This document shows positions 1 through 13,300 of a stretch of 64,000 nt of DNA, in pieces. The position numbers were made by a program, and so were the translations under genes. The notes beneath the pieces were generated by a model. The model was not told the origin of the DNA. It ran no database searches and was given only the letters and a program-made list of their open reading frames with translations. This DNA comes from Yuukianura sp. NJ FZ-2021. Its lineage: Eukaryota. Where the stretch lies: contig CM102285.1 in assembly GCA_046563655.1 (NCBI GenBank), positions 15,004,001 through 15,068,000 on the forward strand. The letters run 5' to 3'. Every line of letters starts with the position of its first letter. Positions within the stretch are counted from its first letter, which is position 1.

Positions 1-3000
1 ACTCCACCGAACTCCCGATTCTGTACACCCCAGATCCTACACAATTCAATCAAAAAAGTTTCAAAAACTAAAATTTTGAAAACTTTTAAAAATTAAAATT
101 TTGGATTCTGACCAATGACAATGACATGGTAGCCTGGAAACGTAATGTCGTGGTCACTTGCACTGTAGGTCAAGTAGAGATAGTTGGTCGTTGCTGGCCA
201 CTCCGCTGCTACTGTGTCAATTTGCTTCACAAATGGAAACACACCTAAGAATGTCAAAATTTCGAAAATTTCAAAATTTCAATTTTTTGAAAACTTTTTT
301 TTTAATGGTAGGTGTTACCATATCGTTCTCTGACTGATCTGACGTTGAGTTCAGTGCTTTTGACACACAGAGCGATTTGTTTGTCTGAAAATCCGAGTTG
401 CTTGGCTTCCACCAGAATGTCTTTGGTCAGTTCCTCTGTGCAAAGTTTCTCCAGCTCAATTTGAAACTGGACAACATTTTTCATCTTGTGCAAAAACCAG
501 CGATCAATCTTCGTCAGTTCAAAGAGTCTGTCGATTGTGTAGCCTGACTTGAGCGCTGCAGCCAGCACATAAATTCTTGTGTCTGTCGGATGTTTCAATT
601 CCTACAAAAACAGAACCAATTTCAGAATTCAAAATTTCAAAATCTTGATTTTTTTTTTTCAAAAAGTGTTACCTCGTCACATGCCGCTTGTGAATTGGGA
701 TCGAATCCAAGTATGTTTTCGTCTGTCATGCGCAGAGCCTTTTGCAGTGTCTCTTCAAACCTTCGTCCAATTGCCATCACTTCCCCAACACTTTTCATTG
801 AACTCCCAATCTAAAAGTTGAAAAAAAAAAATTCAAAAAAGTTCAAAATTTAGAAAATCCTTTCGTTTTTGATACCTTTGTGCTAACTCCAGAGAACTTG
901 TGGAAGTCCCAATGCGGAACCTTGACTACACAGTAGTCCAGACTTGGTTCAAAGCAGGCCGTTGTGCATCCAGTAACGGAGTTGCGCAGTTCGACCAGCG
1001 ATTTCCCCAGCGCAAGTTTCGCGGCGACATAAGCCAAGGGGTAGCCAGTGGCCTTGGATGCCAACGCAGAACTTCTGGACAGTCGAGCATTGACCTCTAT
1101 GATGTAAAACTCATCTGAAGTGGGACAAAGAGCATATTGGATGTTACACTCTCCAACAATGTCCAAGTGACGAATCACTAAAAACAAAAAACACAATTTC
1201 AATTTCATTTTTTCAAAAAGTTGAAAAAAGGACATCATGATAAAAGACAATGCGCAAAGGGAACCTTTGAGTGCAGTGGCACGAAGCATAAAATAATCTT
1301 TGTTGTTTAGTGTCTGACTTGGAGCTACGACAATCGATTCTCCCGTGTGAATTCCCAGCGGATCCACATTTTCCATGTTACAAACCTAAAAAAAAACAAC
1401 AAAATTTTGAATTTCAAAATACTTTCAATCTGAAATTTTGATTTTTTTTTGAAAACTTACAGTAACGCAGTTATCGTAAGCATCTCGTACAACTTCGTAC
1501 TCCACTTCCTTCCAGCCCTTCATCGACTTGTCGATTATCAATTGACTTGACGTCGCCAGCGCTTGTACTGCCAGCGATTTCAGCTGATCTCGGTTATCAG
1601 CAAATCCAGATCCAAGGCCACCAAGACAAAACGCTGCTCTCACTAACACTGGATAGCCCAAACCCTCTGCAGCTTCCAGCGCCTGAAATTCAAAATTTCA
1701 AAAAAACTCAAAATATCAAAAATTTCAAAATTACTATAAAGTCCTTTTCTTACTTCTTCCACCGTACAAGCGATTGCACTCGGCGCAACTTTTTCTCCGA
1801 CTTCTTTCACTTTTTGTCCAAAGAGATTCCGATCCTCCGAAACAACAATCGAATTGATGGAAGTTCCCAGCACGCGGACTTTGTATTTTTCAAAAACCCC
1901 GCGTCTGTCTAGCTCAATTCCACAATTTAAGGCAGTTTGACCTCCAAAGGTCAACAGCACTCCGTCTGGCCTCTCATCATGAATCACTTGCTCAACATAG
2001 TCGGGCATGATTGGCAGAAAATAGACTTTATCTGCCAGGCCTTTAGACGTTTGCACCGTTGCGATGTTAGGATTGATCAAAACTGTTTGAATTTTCTCTT
2101 CTCTGAGAGCCTTGATGGCTTGCGATCCAGAATAGTCGAATTCCCCTGCTTGGCCAATGGACAGCCCACCTAAAATTTCAGAATTTTCATTTCAGAACTT
2201 CCATTTCAGAATTTTCATTTCAGAATTTTCCTTACCGGAACCAAGAATGAGGACTTTCTTGGGCACGATTTGATACTCTGCAATTTTTTCAGGATGGGGA
2301 GATGTTTTAGCAATATGCGAAGTAATTGAATGACGGAAGGAGTGGACAAGGCTTTTGTTTTTCTGGTTGTTAACATTGTCCAGGAAAATGTCAAACAGAA
2401 ATTCCAGGTCTTCTGGACCAGCAGTATGCTCTGGATGGAACTGGACGCTGGAATTTCAAAAACACTCCAAATTCTAAAATTTTTCAAATTTTTCAATTTT
2501 AAAAATTTTAAAATAGTTTACCTAAAGAAAGGGAGGGAGTTGTGGACGAGGCCTTCGTTGGAATGGTCATTGGCATTGGTAAAAAGTGGAGCCCAGTCAC
2601 ATGGAATGCTGTCCGTGTCAACAGCAAAACCGTGATTTTGTGAAGTCGTGAAGCAGCGTTGAGTTCCTTCATGGATACACGGTTGGTTGTGGCCACGGTT
2701 TCCATATCTAAAAAAACGAAATTTTAAGAATTTTGTCAAAATGTCAACATTTTTTTTTAAAATTGTGTTTGAACAATGACTCACTTCATTTTGTAGGTGA
2801 CACATCCAGCAGCGAGAGCTAGTAGTTGATGGCCCATGCAGATTCCGAAGATGGGTTTTGGATTTGGGGCTGCCATGTAAGTCCTGAGGTTGGAAATGGT
2901 TTCGTGACAGAGTGCAGGGTCTCCTGGTCCATTGCTGATGAAGAGACCATCGAAAGTGGTGGGGTCAATGGGGTGGTTCCAAGGAACCACTTGGACACAG

Positions 3001-4127
3001 GCACCACGGGACAGGAAACAACGCAGTTGGTTGTACTTCAAACCAAGGTCAAGCACCGTGATCCGCGGTGACCCCGATGCATTGTACACCGTCGGTTTCT
3101 ACAAAGAAAACACAAAAAAAATCTGGAGTTCTCAAATTCTGGAATGAAAATTCTGAAATTCAGAAAATCTGAAACGAAAATTCCTAAATTAAGAAAGGAA
3201 ACTTCTGGAATGAAAATTCTGTAATTCTAAGATGAAAAATCGGAAAAATGATCAAATGAACATTCTGAAATGGAGTTCTGAAATTCTGAAACGAAAATTC
3301 TGAAATTGTGAAATGTTTTGTTGTTGTGTGACCTTGACGGAGACGATTGCCGGAAGATTGGTGAGATTAGGATCTACGAATCCCGGATCCAGTCCACCCT
3401 TGACGACGACCTTGCCTAGGATGGTTCCTTGGTTGCGGATGATCTTCGTGAGTTGTCTCGTGTCGACTCCGTAGATGCCAGGCACATTGTGCTCCTCCAT
3501 CCACGTCGACAAAGTTTTGAACGCTCGCCAATGACTCGGTTCCGCACAGACTTCTCCCACGATCAGCCCTGCAGCCCAGATCCTCTCAGACTCAAAGCAT
3601 CTTTTATAAAAAGAGAAACTAATTAGTCCCGCTTTACAAAAGAAACAATGTGATCCTTGATTCTGAATGGATCTAAAATAAACACTCTTTTCAAAAACTT
3701 CTTTTCAACTTTTTTAAAAAAGAGTGTCAAAGACAAGACCTTGGTGTTCAAAGTCACTTCCGTTGCCAGAAAAAGCACGAGTTACCTCGGTATGCCGAAC
3801 GAATCTTTTTCATCAGACGGTATTCCGTAGTTACCGATGAGCGGGTAGGTCAAGACCAGAATTTGTTCGCAGTAAGATGGATCTGTCAAGGACTCTGCAT
3901 ATCCCACCATCCCTGTTTGAAAAACTGAAAACCAAAACAAAATTTTCAAAAAAATTGATTTTCATTTTGAAAATTTTTCAAAATTTTGGCTCCTCACCGA
4001 TCTCTCCCGGCACAGACTTGTGCGCCCCGAAAACGAATCCTTTGAACTCCGTTCCATCTTCCAAAATCAAACTTCCTGGAACCTCGTTCTCCCTTCCGAA
4101 ACTGCTAGAAATTGAATAAGCAACCAT
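1..4127 (-). CDS. CAD: CAD multifunctional pyrimidine biosynthesis protein, 5' part (glutamine amidotransferase plus N-terminal carbamoyl-phosphate synthetase); continues beyond position 1
   Basis: ATG at 4127 ([30 protein letters not shown]). About 13 exons joined by GT-AG introns give [29 protein letters not shown] (catalytic Cys kept), [50 protein letters not shown] and [35 protein letters not shown] is CAD-type rather than mitochondrial CPS1-type. The DHOase and ATCase domains lie outside the window, so the full fusion is inferred. Confidence 0.9.
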
Positions 4128-6229
4128 TGCTGGAATGCTGGATACTGGCAGTTATTCGAATGCTGGAATGCTGGATACTGCTCAAATGCTGGATGCTTGG
4201 AATGAAGCTCAAGATCAAGACTACTGGAATGAAGCTGGTTCTGGATGACACTGATCCAGATATTAGTTAGGATTTTAGTTTAGCAGGAGGATGCTGGTGG
4301 AAATGTGTCTAGAAAATCAAAGAACAAAAAATCATGAAAGCTCTAATTATTGCGGCAACCACAAATCATATCAAAGTCTATGACTATTCCATTATGTACA
4401 CAGACTGTCTTTGTCTTTATGGAGTAACTTGAATCTTGAAGTGATAAAATTATGACAGCCAAGCAAGATTCAAGATCCTCTCAAATTTTATGTTTCACTT
4501 TTAAGCGTCGGACACACAAAATGAGACCTCTTTGTCTCGTTTTTTAGACTTTTAATTTACAAGGTTATCAAAAGTCAAAGTTGAACTTTAATTTTCAGAT
4601 TTTTCTGCTTACGAAACACAAATCTAAAAGTGAAGTGTTAAAAGTGAAATACGGAAGCATTTGCATATGCTGGAAGTATAAAACTCCTTTGACGTAAGAC
4701 CTCCCGAAAGTTGTAAATCAAAATGACAGAAACACAGAAACTTAAAAGTACATTTTCGTCAGCGCATCTCGAGACGCGATGAGATGAGTCGTCGGTTTTT
4801 AAAACGGGAGATAAAAAGGGCATGGAAAGTTTGGAGATTTTGAAAACAGTGGCCATTTATAAACACAGTGACGCCTGACAGTCCCACTGGCGACAGTTTG
4901 TTTAAAGTGATTAGAGACACGATAGAGAGCAAGTCAAACGTAAGACAAGTGTCATCAATTTGCTCTCTCCCTGTTTTAATTACTCTGTAATTTTGGAAAG
5001 TTTGTAATTTGGGGAATTCTGACTTACGAACAGCTTCTGAAGAAGTGGAAGATGAGGATAAGCACTAGATAACATGCGTTTCTCAGTAAATTCAGAAGCA
5101 CTTGGAGCAACAATTGGTCCAATACTACAGAATTTTCAAACCGAAAAAAAAACAATGGGAAGCTGACAAGATGCGAGATACTACAGTAAAACAACAAAAA
5201 TCACTCAACATTTAACACAAATCAAACACAGAAATAGCATTTTAAGGGCCTTGTGGCAATTTTACTCACGGCATTTGGGAAGAGGGCCCTTCTCTTTTTA
5301 AGTGTTCCCTTCCTCCAAGGTATTTATTGTCCACAAAGAGTTAAGGTTGGACAGGAGTCAGGCGAAGGGCTCCTCGTTCCTGTCGAGTAACTTGTCCTGA
5401 AACAATACATGAAGGTTAGAAACGTTTTATGGTTTCGCTAAAAGCGGACACACTTGGTGTCAATTTGACACTGTCAACGTTCCTAGCAAGGGCTACGTAC
5501 CCTTGAGTACCCCCGGCAAAACATGAAATGACAAAGGGAAAATCAATCGAATTTATAACTACTGTGACCGTAAACGTTTGACTTGACACGTCAAAGGTCA
5601 AAGTTTGACGTATACTTTCACCGTTGAGAGAGACTGAGACCAAAACTTCCTTACCGTTACAGATTAACGTCCACAGCTTGTCAGTATCGTCGTCCTCCGT
5701 TCAAGTGGCGACTATTTTTTTAGTACTGACGATGAGTACATCAGCAGTGGACAAATGGAAGTGACCTTGTCAATTTTTCGTGTTTTCTTTTGACATTTTT
5801 GTGTTTCTTTTGTGTTTTGATTTGCTTCCGGTCAGTTTTCACTTTTGAATTTTTGGATTCCCGCCGTTTGTTGTTTGGTGGTTGGACATTGACATTTGAC
5901 CCAGTTTACGTTTTCACGGTCACTTTATGCCTAAAAAGGTCAACATTCTTTATGGTTGTTACAAATTTAACGATGTGACGACTCCATATGATGACAGAGA
6001 GTCAGTTTCAATTGTTTTCATTGATAGTGGACGTTGACAAAGACTTTCCTTATCCAAAGTAGCAAACCAACTTCTTTCTCCGCGGTTTTCAAAGCCAAAC
6101 TATCTCTTGTAACTCTCCACAAATTACGTGCACATAAAAAAGGGGAGGAATAAATTCTAAGATTATTTAACGAACAATTAAATAAAAATATACTGTGAAT
6201 TTCAAATAAAATTGAAGAAGTTTAGATAT

Positions 6230-6482
6230 TTCAGAGACTTAGGTAGATTTCATCAAGAAGAAATTCTAGGTATTCATGAGACTTAGCTAGATTTCATAAA
6301 AGCAGAAATTTTAGGTATTCCTGACACAGCTAGATTTCATAAAGCAGAAATTTTATTTTAGGTATTCCTGCAACTTAGCTAAACTTCATAAAGCAGAAAT
6401 TTTAGGTATTTCTGAAACTTAGCTAGATTTCATAAAGCAGAAATTTTAGGTATTCCTGAGACTTGCTTAGGTAGATTTCATA
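6230..6482. repeat. Minisatellite, ~40-bp unit, about 6 copies
   Basis: Repeated (ga)gacttagctagatttcataaagcagaaattttaggtattcct with small indels. Confidence 0.9.
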
Positions 6483-7351
6483 ATATTTCATAGTATTTCA
6501 TCATTTAATTTCATAGTATATATTCACTTTAAAAGTGTAAAGCAAGCAACAATACGATAAAAGAAACCACTGTATTCAAAAACCACATGATGTTATTTCT
6601 GTTGTTTTCAAAGTACTCACAGCTGATTTTTTTCGTTTCCCCCCAGAATTGAGTATTTGATGAGTGCGTAATCCTGGAACGGCTGTCGGGGGAATATCCT
6701 ATTTGATTTGGAATGGAAACTTTCCTGTGCTATTCCCAGTCTCAGTCGGTTGTTGAAGTCGTGGATCGTGGTAGTGCTCATTTGTGACACCAAAAGTGTA
6801 TCCAACCACCCACCCTATAACCAGTACTAACTAATTAACTCCAACACAATTACTCCTTGGGGATCACACATTCTTCACTCCTTCATCTGGTAAGTACTGG
6901 CCACTAAAGTGTTAATTGAGTCCTCATTCAACCTATCTCTTTTAATCTCAACAGTTGTCGCCCAGTCACTCGTCCAACAGCTACAGTCGACAGTCGTCAT
7001 GGATAGTGTGTGCTGGATTTTAGAATTACTTTAACACGAAGTGTCAACCTTATCCAGAATCCCAGTTAATCATTCATTGTCTCCTGCCTGCCACAGTTCA
7101 GTTCCTCTCATCAGCTGGCCCAGAGAACACGGAAGTTTCAGAGCCTGACTCACAGTTCACCAACACCTACGCACACAACAACATTCATTTCCTACTCATC
7201 TCATCTCGTCGTTTTCAGATCGTCTGTGCCAAAGGTCAAACGTTTTCAGTTCGTCAAAGGTCAACAGTGTGTCATTGTTGTGGTGTATCTTCTGATTACT
7301 GGCCATCCAGTACCATCAGTACTACTCTAACACTGTTCCTTCGTAACTAGT

Positions 7352-10300
7352 ATGACTGCAATTGGAAATACGGATCTCAATGAACAGAAGACTACTTTGG
7401 ATGACAACTTTATACATTCGCAAGACGATGAGGAAGACTCGGACGATGAGATTCTAGAAGAGAGTCCTTGTGGACGATGGGTCAAGCGCCGAGAGCAGGT
7501 CACTTCCTTCTTCATTATCAATTACTTTTATCAATTACTCACTAAGGTTATGCGCATCACTTCAAGTTAATTGCACTTTGACAGTTGAGTTTAATTTATT
7601 CCATTGAAACAGGGCAGGGTTCGAGCATCATTGACACAAATCATACTCAAATTCAAAGGTCATCTCGCGCAATACTTGACCTTTTGCAAGGTTCTTTCTG
7701 CTTTTAGCCTAGGAGGATTTAGATAAAGATGGAATCAATTTAACACACTAAACTAATCTCAAATTATTCCAACACACGTAACAATTTCCTCATATTGTCC
7801 AATTCTGCTTAATTTATGGCACTCACTTGTATGTACTTTTGAGCTCTACTGTCATTGGCGTAAAGGATCCTAAAACAGTTGGCAATTTGGGGTTCATGGG
7901 TTCAATCCCTGCAGTCGGCATGAGGAAATTTTTTAAAGCAGCGTCGAGATGGTTTGATGGCAGGATTTGTGCATTTTTAGAATTTGGCCTTCGGTGTTAG
8001 TTGTGATGTTAATGAAGCCTCACCTAAAGCGTAGTACCTAATTAACTTATTAAACAGCCTCATAGAGCATTTTTCATTTCTACAAAAAATTATTCACTTT
8101 TACTACGTCAGCAGTAGGTGTTTAATGCCAAAGTGCGCAATTTTGGTTTTCTGTTTCTGCAAATTCCTTGGCAAATCTCAGAAACTGTTGTAGTTTTTAG
8201 TCATTTGAGTGTGTGGACAGTTTGTGTGATGTCTAGGTCTGATTCTACTTAATTATTAAAGTTTGCGGTTAAGTCCAAATCCGGTTTTAGCCAGTTTTTT
8301 CTCATGGGTTATTTAATTCGTGCAATTGAACATTAACTTAACATTAGTTCCAGATGCGATAAAAATGAAAAACAAAACGAGCGTTTGCCGCGTACTTACT
8401 GCGGATTTTAATTCCGGCCAGAATCAGTTTTTAAATGGGCCATTCCGCAGAAACGACATTTTGAAATCGACATTCCAGAAAATTCTGGAAATGTTGCAAA
8501 AACTAAAGTTTAGCAACAGCGTTCTACACTTTTGGTTTATAAATGATTATCTGCGTGTTTAGACTTTTTTGTTTTTGTTTTTTAAGACAAATTGGTCTAA
8601 ATGACAATTTCCGACTGTTTTTTAATTTGCGTGAAGGTCATTTCTACAATTTGGCATAAAAAGCTTAAAAACAATTCAACTGTCGAGGGAGAGTCTTTTA
8701 AATTGCGTGTTTGTGGGTTCGAGTCTACCCTGGTCCAAGTTTTATTTTAGAAATAAGTGACATTGACTTTGCATGTTTCTTTTTTGGCATTTAATAAGTC
8801 TGAAACAAGAGTTTAATAGTAAACTGTTGTCTCTGTGGGATAATGGAATCCATTTGATCCAATTTAGAACAACAAAGAAAGTACACACGAAGAAGTGAAA
8901 TGAAGTACGCCCTTCTCCATGCTTTTTAGCTCTTGGCGGCACTTTTCAACATCAAGGTTTTTTTAATTTTTAGATTGCAGATTTTGGCATTCTGTTCGTG
9001 CAGAACGGTTTGCGGTTAAAATTGGATTCAATTTTTGCAAGGTTGAGTCCCATATGCGTGCCCATGCATTTTATGTTGCACCAAAAAAGAAAAGCACTTC
9101 ATTTTTATGGAAATTTACAATGACGAGAGAATTTGAAGTTTTGAGAGGTGAAAGTTGAAGTGATTTTTTTTTGAAATGTTCAAAATCCACTTCAATTTTT
9201 AGTTTTGAATTTTGAATTGGTTATTTTAGGCTCAGAAAAGAGCCAAGGTTGAACGTTTTAAAAATGTGTGTCATCCGCAATCTGGCGAGAGTTGTGTCAC
9301 TCACATTGTGTCATTTTGTCAACTGATTAAAAATCGTGAGTAAAATCCCATGTTACTACACTAAAAACCAAAAGTTGTGAAACAGAAATCGAAAAATCGA
9401 TTGTTTTTGCGGATAATCGAATTTGGCTAAAATTGCCCACAAGTTTATTTGCTAACCAGTTTAGACCTTGGTATGTTTTTGGCGACTTTCAAGGAGAAAG
9501 TAAACACGAAGTTTTGGTTTGTTAAAAACCAAAAGTAGGTTAATATCTGATTGATTGGTTTAGAAAGGTGAAAAATTGGAACACATAACAAATGAAATGA
9601 ACAAAGGAACAGTTAACAAAATTAACTTTTCAATTTTCCAAATTGGCACAGCTTTTTTTAGGTTATGGTTTGGCTATTTTTGGTTTATCTAAGAAAAAGT
9701 ATTTCAATATCTCGTGGTTTGACATAGATGTGCAATTTGCGATTTTTTCTGTTTGCGTAAAGTGAAAGTTTGAATGACTTTCGTTCCTGGAACTAAAAAT
9801 GTGGTGGGAGTAACTATGTTAGTTTTTGGGTTTTTTTGTGAAAAAAAGTTTTCGGGATTTTTGTACTATGAGGAAATGCAAATTGAGGAAATGAGAAAAT
9901 ATGTGTAGTGTTTTGTTGGATTTGGCAAAAATTCATTGAGAAATGAGAAGTTGAAAAAAGCGGTAGAAATGGAGGGAGTAACTATGTCTATTTTTGTTTA
10001 GGCGGAACAGGAAAAGCTTCTGAACATATTTTTTACGTTAACAAAATATTTTGATTCAAAGAATACACTTCCGCACCCACACTTCACTTCACTAATTCTT
10101 TCAATTTTTTTTGAATTTTGTTTATTCAAGCTGCTGAATGTCACTGCCTCCCTCTCACTGTTAAAATATTTACATTCTGTTAAGTGACGATTCAGTTTTC
10201 TTTTTTACTCACCAAGGTTTTACTTTTTACATTTTTTTTATTCTTTAGAGTTTTTCCTTTGACATTTTTACTCCAAGAGTTTTTACTTTTTATGCATGCT

Positions 10301-13300
10301 GCGCTTGTAACGGTTTTTTAATTTTGAAGACGAAAGTTAGTGCGTTTTCGTTTTGTCTGGAGTAAAAAATTATGTGAGTTGAAATGTTGAAAATCGCTTC
10401 ATCTTGTTACTGTTTGAGCTGAAAATGTGACATCTTCTGTGTCAGTTGCATTGACTTTTGTAAAATTGGCTCAAGACTTTGACAATGATTGAACGTAAAC
10501 GAAAACAAGATTTGTTGCTCTTTTTTTTCTGTTTTGTTGTGACTAAACAATGGAGAATTTAAAACAAAGTCTCGAGAGATTGATTTAAAGTTTGATATTA
10601 ATTGAGTAATTAATTAACATTTTGTTTACAAAATATCCCTCCAACTTTCAATTTCTGAAAGTGATTGATGGTTTGTGTTTACAAAAGACATTGTTTGCAG
10701 TTGCTTGTCTCCATTGTGTAATTTGTGTCAGACATTTCCGCCGAGTCTGACTTTTAGAGTGCCCTGGGACCGAATTCATCGCATGAAACTAATTTTTAGG
10801 AGTTAGTGAACTTTGTCTACACTTTTTTTATTAGTTTAACTTTTTTTATTGCATCCTGCACTGCATTGGGAAATCTTGTGACTCATCTCATTTTGCTTTT
10901 GTTGTGTCTTGTAAGAAAGTGAAAGCGCAAGCGAACAGCGATTTTTTGAGATGAGAATGCAATGAACTTTGCTAAAAAGTGGGATTCAAAATTTGAGCTT
11001 TTGAGCATCGCTAGAACTGAACTTGTGTTTTAGTTCTCACGGAGTGAGAATTTGATGAAATGGGATTCCGTGTCAGAAGTTTGTCTGGAATTAAGCAAGG
11101 ACGGCCAAAATTGGTTTTTGTGTCGAGTCAGGGGAGCACTGGAACGAAGGTTTTCTGCAATTCAAAGGTTTAGACATACCCACTTTTAGAAATTTAGTTT
11201 AGGACTTGATGCTATAGTGTTTGAAATGGTTAGTTTTTAGACAAAAGTGCAATTTAGGAAGGTAGGGCTTCGTTTTCCAGACTGTTCTGGAAAATGCATT
11301 TGGGTGTGCTAAATGTCTGTTTGGTGGTGATTCATCCAAAGTCCACGGGGTTTTTCACATGATGCGCGTCTTGTGGGTTTCCATTGATTTTTTGTCCACG
11401 AGAAGCCAGACGAAAATAGTAAAAGTGTTTGTGCTGTACGGAGGTTTTAGTTTTTGCACAAAGCAGAAAGTGCAGAGACTGAGCTGATCTTGCGCTACCC
11501 CAAAAGATGCCAGTGACCTTTGGCAGAAGCAGAAAATGCATTTCCAATGGAGAAAAAAACAGAAGGGAAAATAGACAGAGAGTTGCAAAAATTTGTCAGT
11601 GTAGACAAAATACTTTTAGAGAAATTTGATGATTCGGAATTTTTTGGAGAAGATGAAAGTGGTCGAAAAAAAAGGAATGATGAAAGATGAAAAATATTTA
11701 GCTGAGATTTTAGCAAATTTTGAGTTAGACAAATGGTATTTCCCAAGTCAGTGGGAAATACTGGGAAATTCCGAGATTTATGGGAAATATTGGGAAATAG
11801 TGGAATTTTTATGGGAAATATTGGGAAATAGCGGAATTTTTATGGGAAATATTGGGAAATACCAAGATTGAGGGGGAAAATTGGAAAATAGCGGAATTTT
11901 TGTGGGAAATACTCAGAAATACCGGGATTTATGGGAAATATTGAATTTTTTTTAGCGGTTCGCAATGGATAATGATGGAAAGACGGTTGTTAGAACGGTG
12001 TTTTGACTTTGGAAACTGTTTTTTGTTGTTTTAGGTGGACCAACGAGATGTGCCTGGGATCGATGCGGCCTACTTGGCCATGGACACGGAGGAGGGCGTG
12101 GAAGTGGTGTGGAATGAAATCCTGTTTTCGGAAAGAAAGACGCTGAAAGCGCAAGAAGAGAAGATCTGCCTCGTGTTTGACAACTTGACACAGTTGGAAC
12201 ACCCCAACATTGTCAAGTTCCACAAGTACTGGATAGAGATGCAGGCGGAGAAGCCCAGGGTGAGACTAATCAACAGACTAATTACTTAAGTGGATTCAAG
12301 TTGAGGATTTTAGCCTTTGATCTGTCTTTTAGGTTGTCTTCATAACGGAGTACATGTCTTCCGGATCGCTCAAGCAGTTTCTGAAGCGCACGAAGAAAAA
12401 CGGCAAGAAGCTCCCGCATGCGGCTTGGAAAAGATGGTGCACGCAAATCCTGTCTGCCTTGAGGTAACAACGCAAAAATTTACGAAAATCAAAAAAAAAA
12501 AAATCGAGAAAAAAAAAGTTCCAGAATTTACAAAGATTTTGGAGGGTGTTGCTCTCTGATTTTTTAGGAGATGACCGCGCGTCTTCGTAAGATTTGAAAT
12601 TTTGATCTTGTGTTTTGATCGATTAGTGATGCAATTCTGTGGTTTAGTGGGGTGCAGAAAGATGAAATTAGCTGGAGGCGAAAAAGCAGAGTGAATTTGA
12701 ATTTTAAATGCAATTTTGTTTATGATTTGCAGCTACTTGCACTCTTGTTGTCCTCCAATCATCCATGGGAATTTGACTTGTGATACGATATTTATTCAGC
12801 ACAATGGACTCGTCAAGATTGGTTCAGGTCAGTCTTCTTTCCAAAAAAAAAGTTCAATGAAAAAGTTCAATTGTTTTTGAAACGGACATGAAAATGGTTT
12901 ATGGCGAAGTGAGGCAGAGGCATTTTGAGTTTGTGCCAAAATTGGCCCGGCCTCTGCCACATAAAATTCCTCATGACTCAAGTTGAGAATTGTGAATTGG
13001 AAGTTGAGAGTTTAAAATTTATGTGGGTGCCTAAATGATTTTTTTAGTGTGACTAATGTGGACTGTCGTCTTTGATTTGTTTTGTGTTCCACAGTGGCTC
13101 CAGATGCGATTCATCACCATGTTAAGTCATGTCGGGATAACATCAAGAATTTGCACTTTGTCGCTCCAGAGTATGGAAGTAAGTCGCCACAATTCCTTCA
13201 TGTTCAGAATTTCTCGAAAAAGGTCCATGCCACTGTTCCGAATGAATTTCTCCGAAGCGAAATGCTCCGAATGGATTGCTACGAAAGCAGGTTACTTCAA

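Noticed and set aside
6230..6482. CRISPR-like regular repeats (also 11752-11942)
   Set aside because: These are head-to-tail tandem units without unique spacers, in a eukaryotic context with no cas genes.
7850..8740. B-box-like motifs (ggttcaatcc near 7900, ggttcgagtct near 8717) in NRBP intron 1
   Set aside because: No convincing A box or cloverleaf. At best these are highly decayed SINE heads.
7499..12034. Nested gene in the 4.5-kb NRBP intron 1 (short ORFs at 8320, 8742 and 11332-11871)
   Set aside because: The translations are low-complexity or repeat-derived, with no phase-consistent exon chain or recognisable motif.
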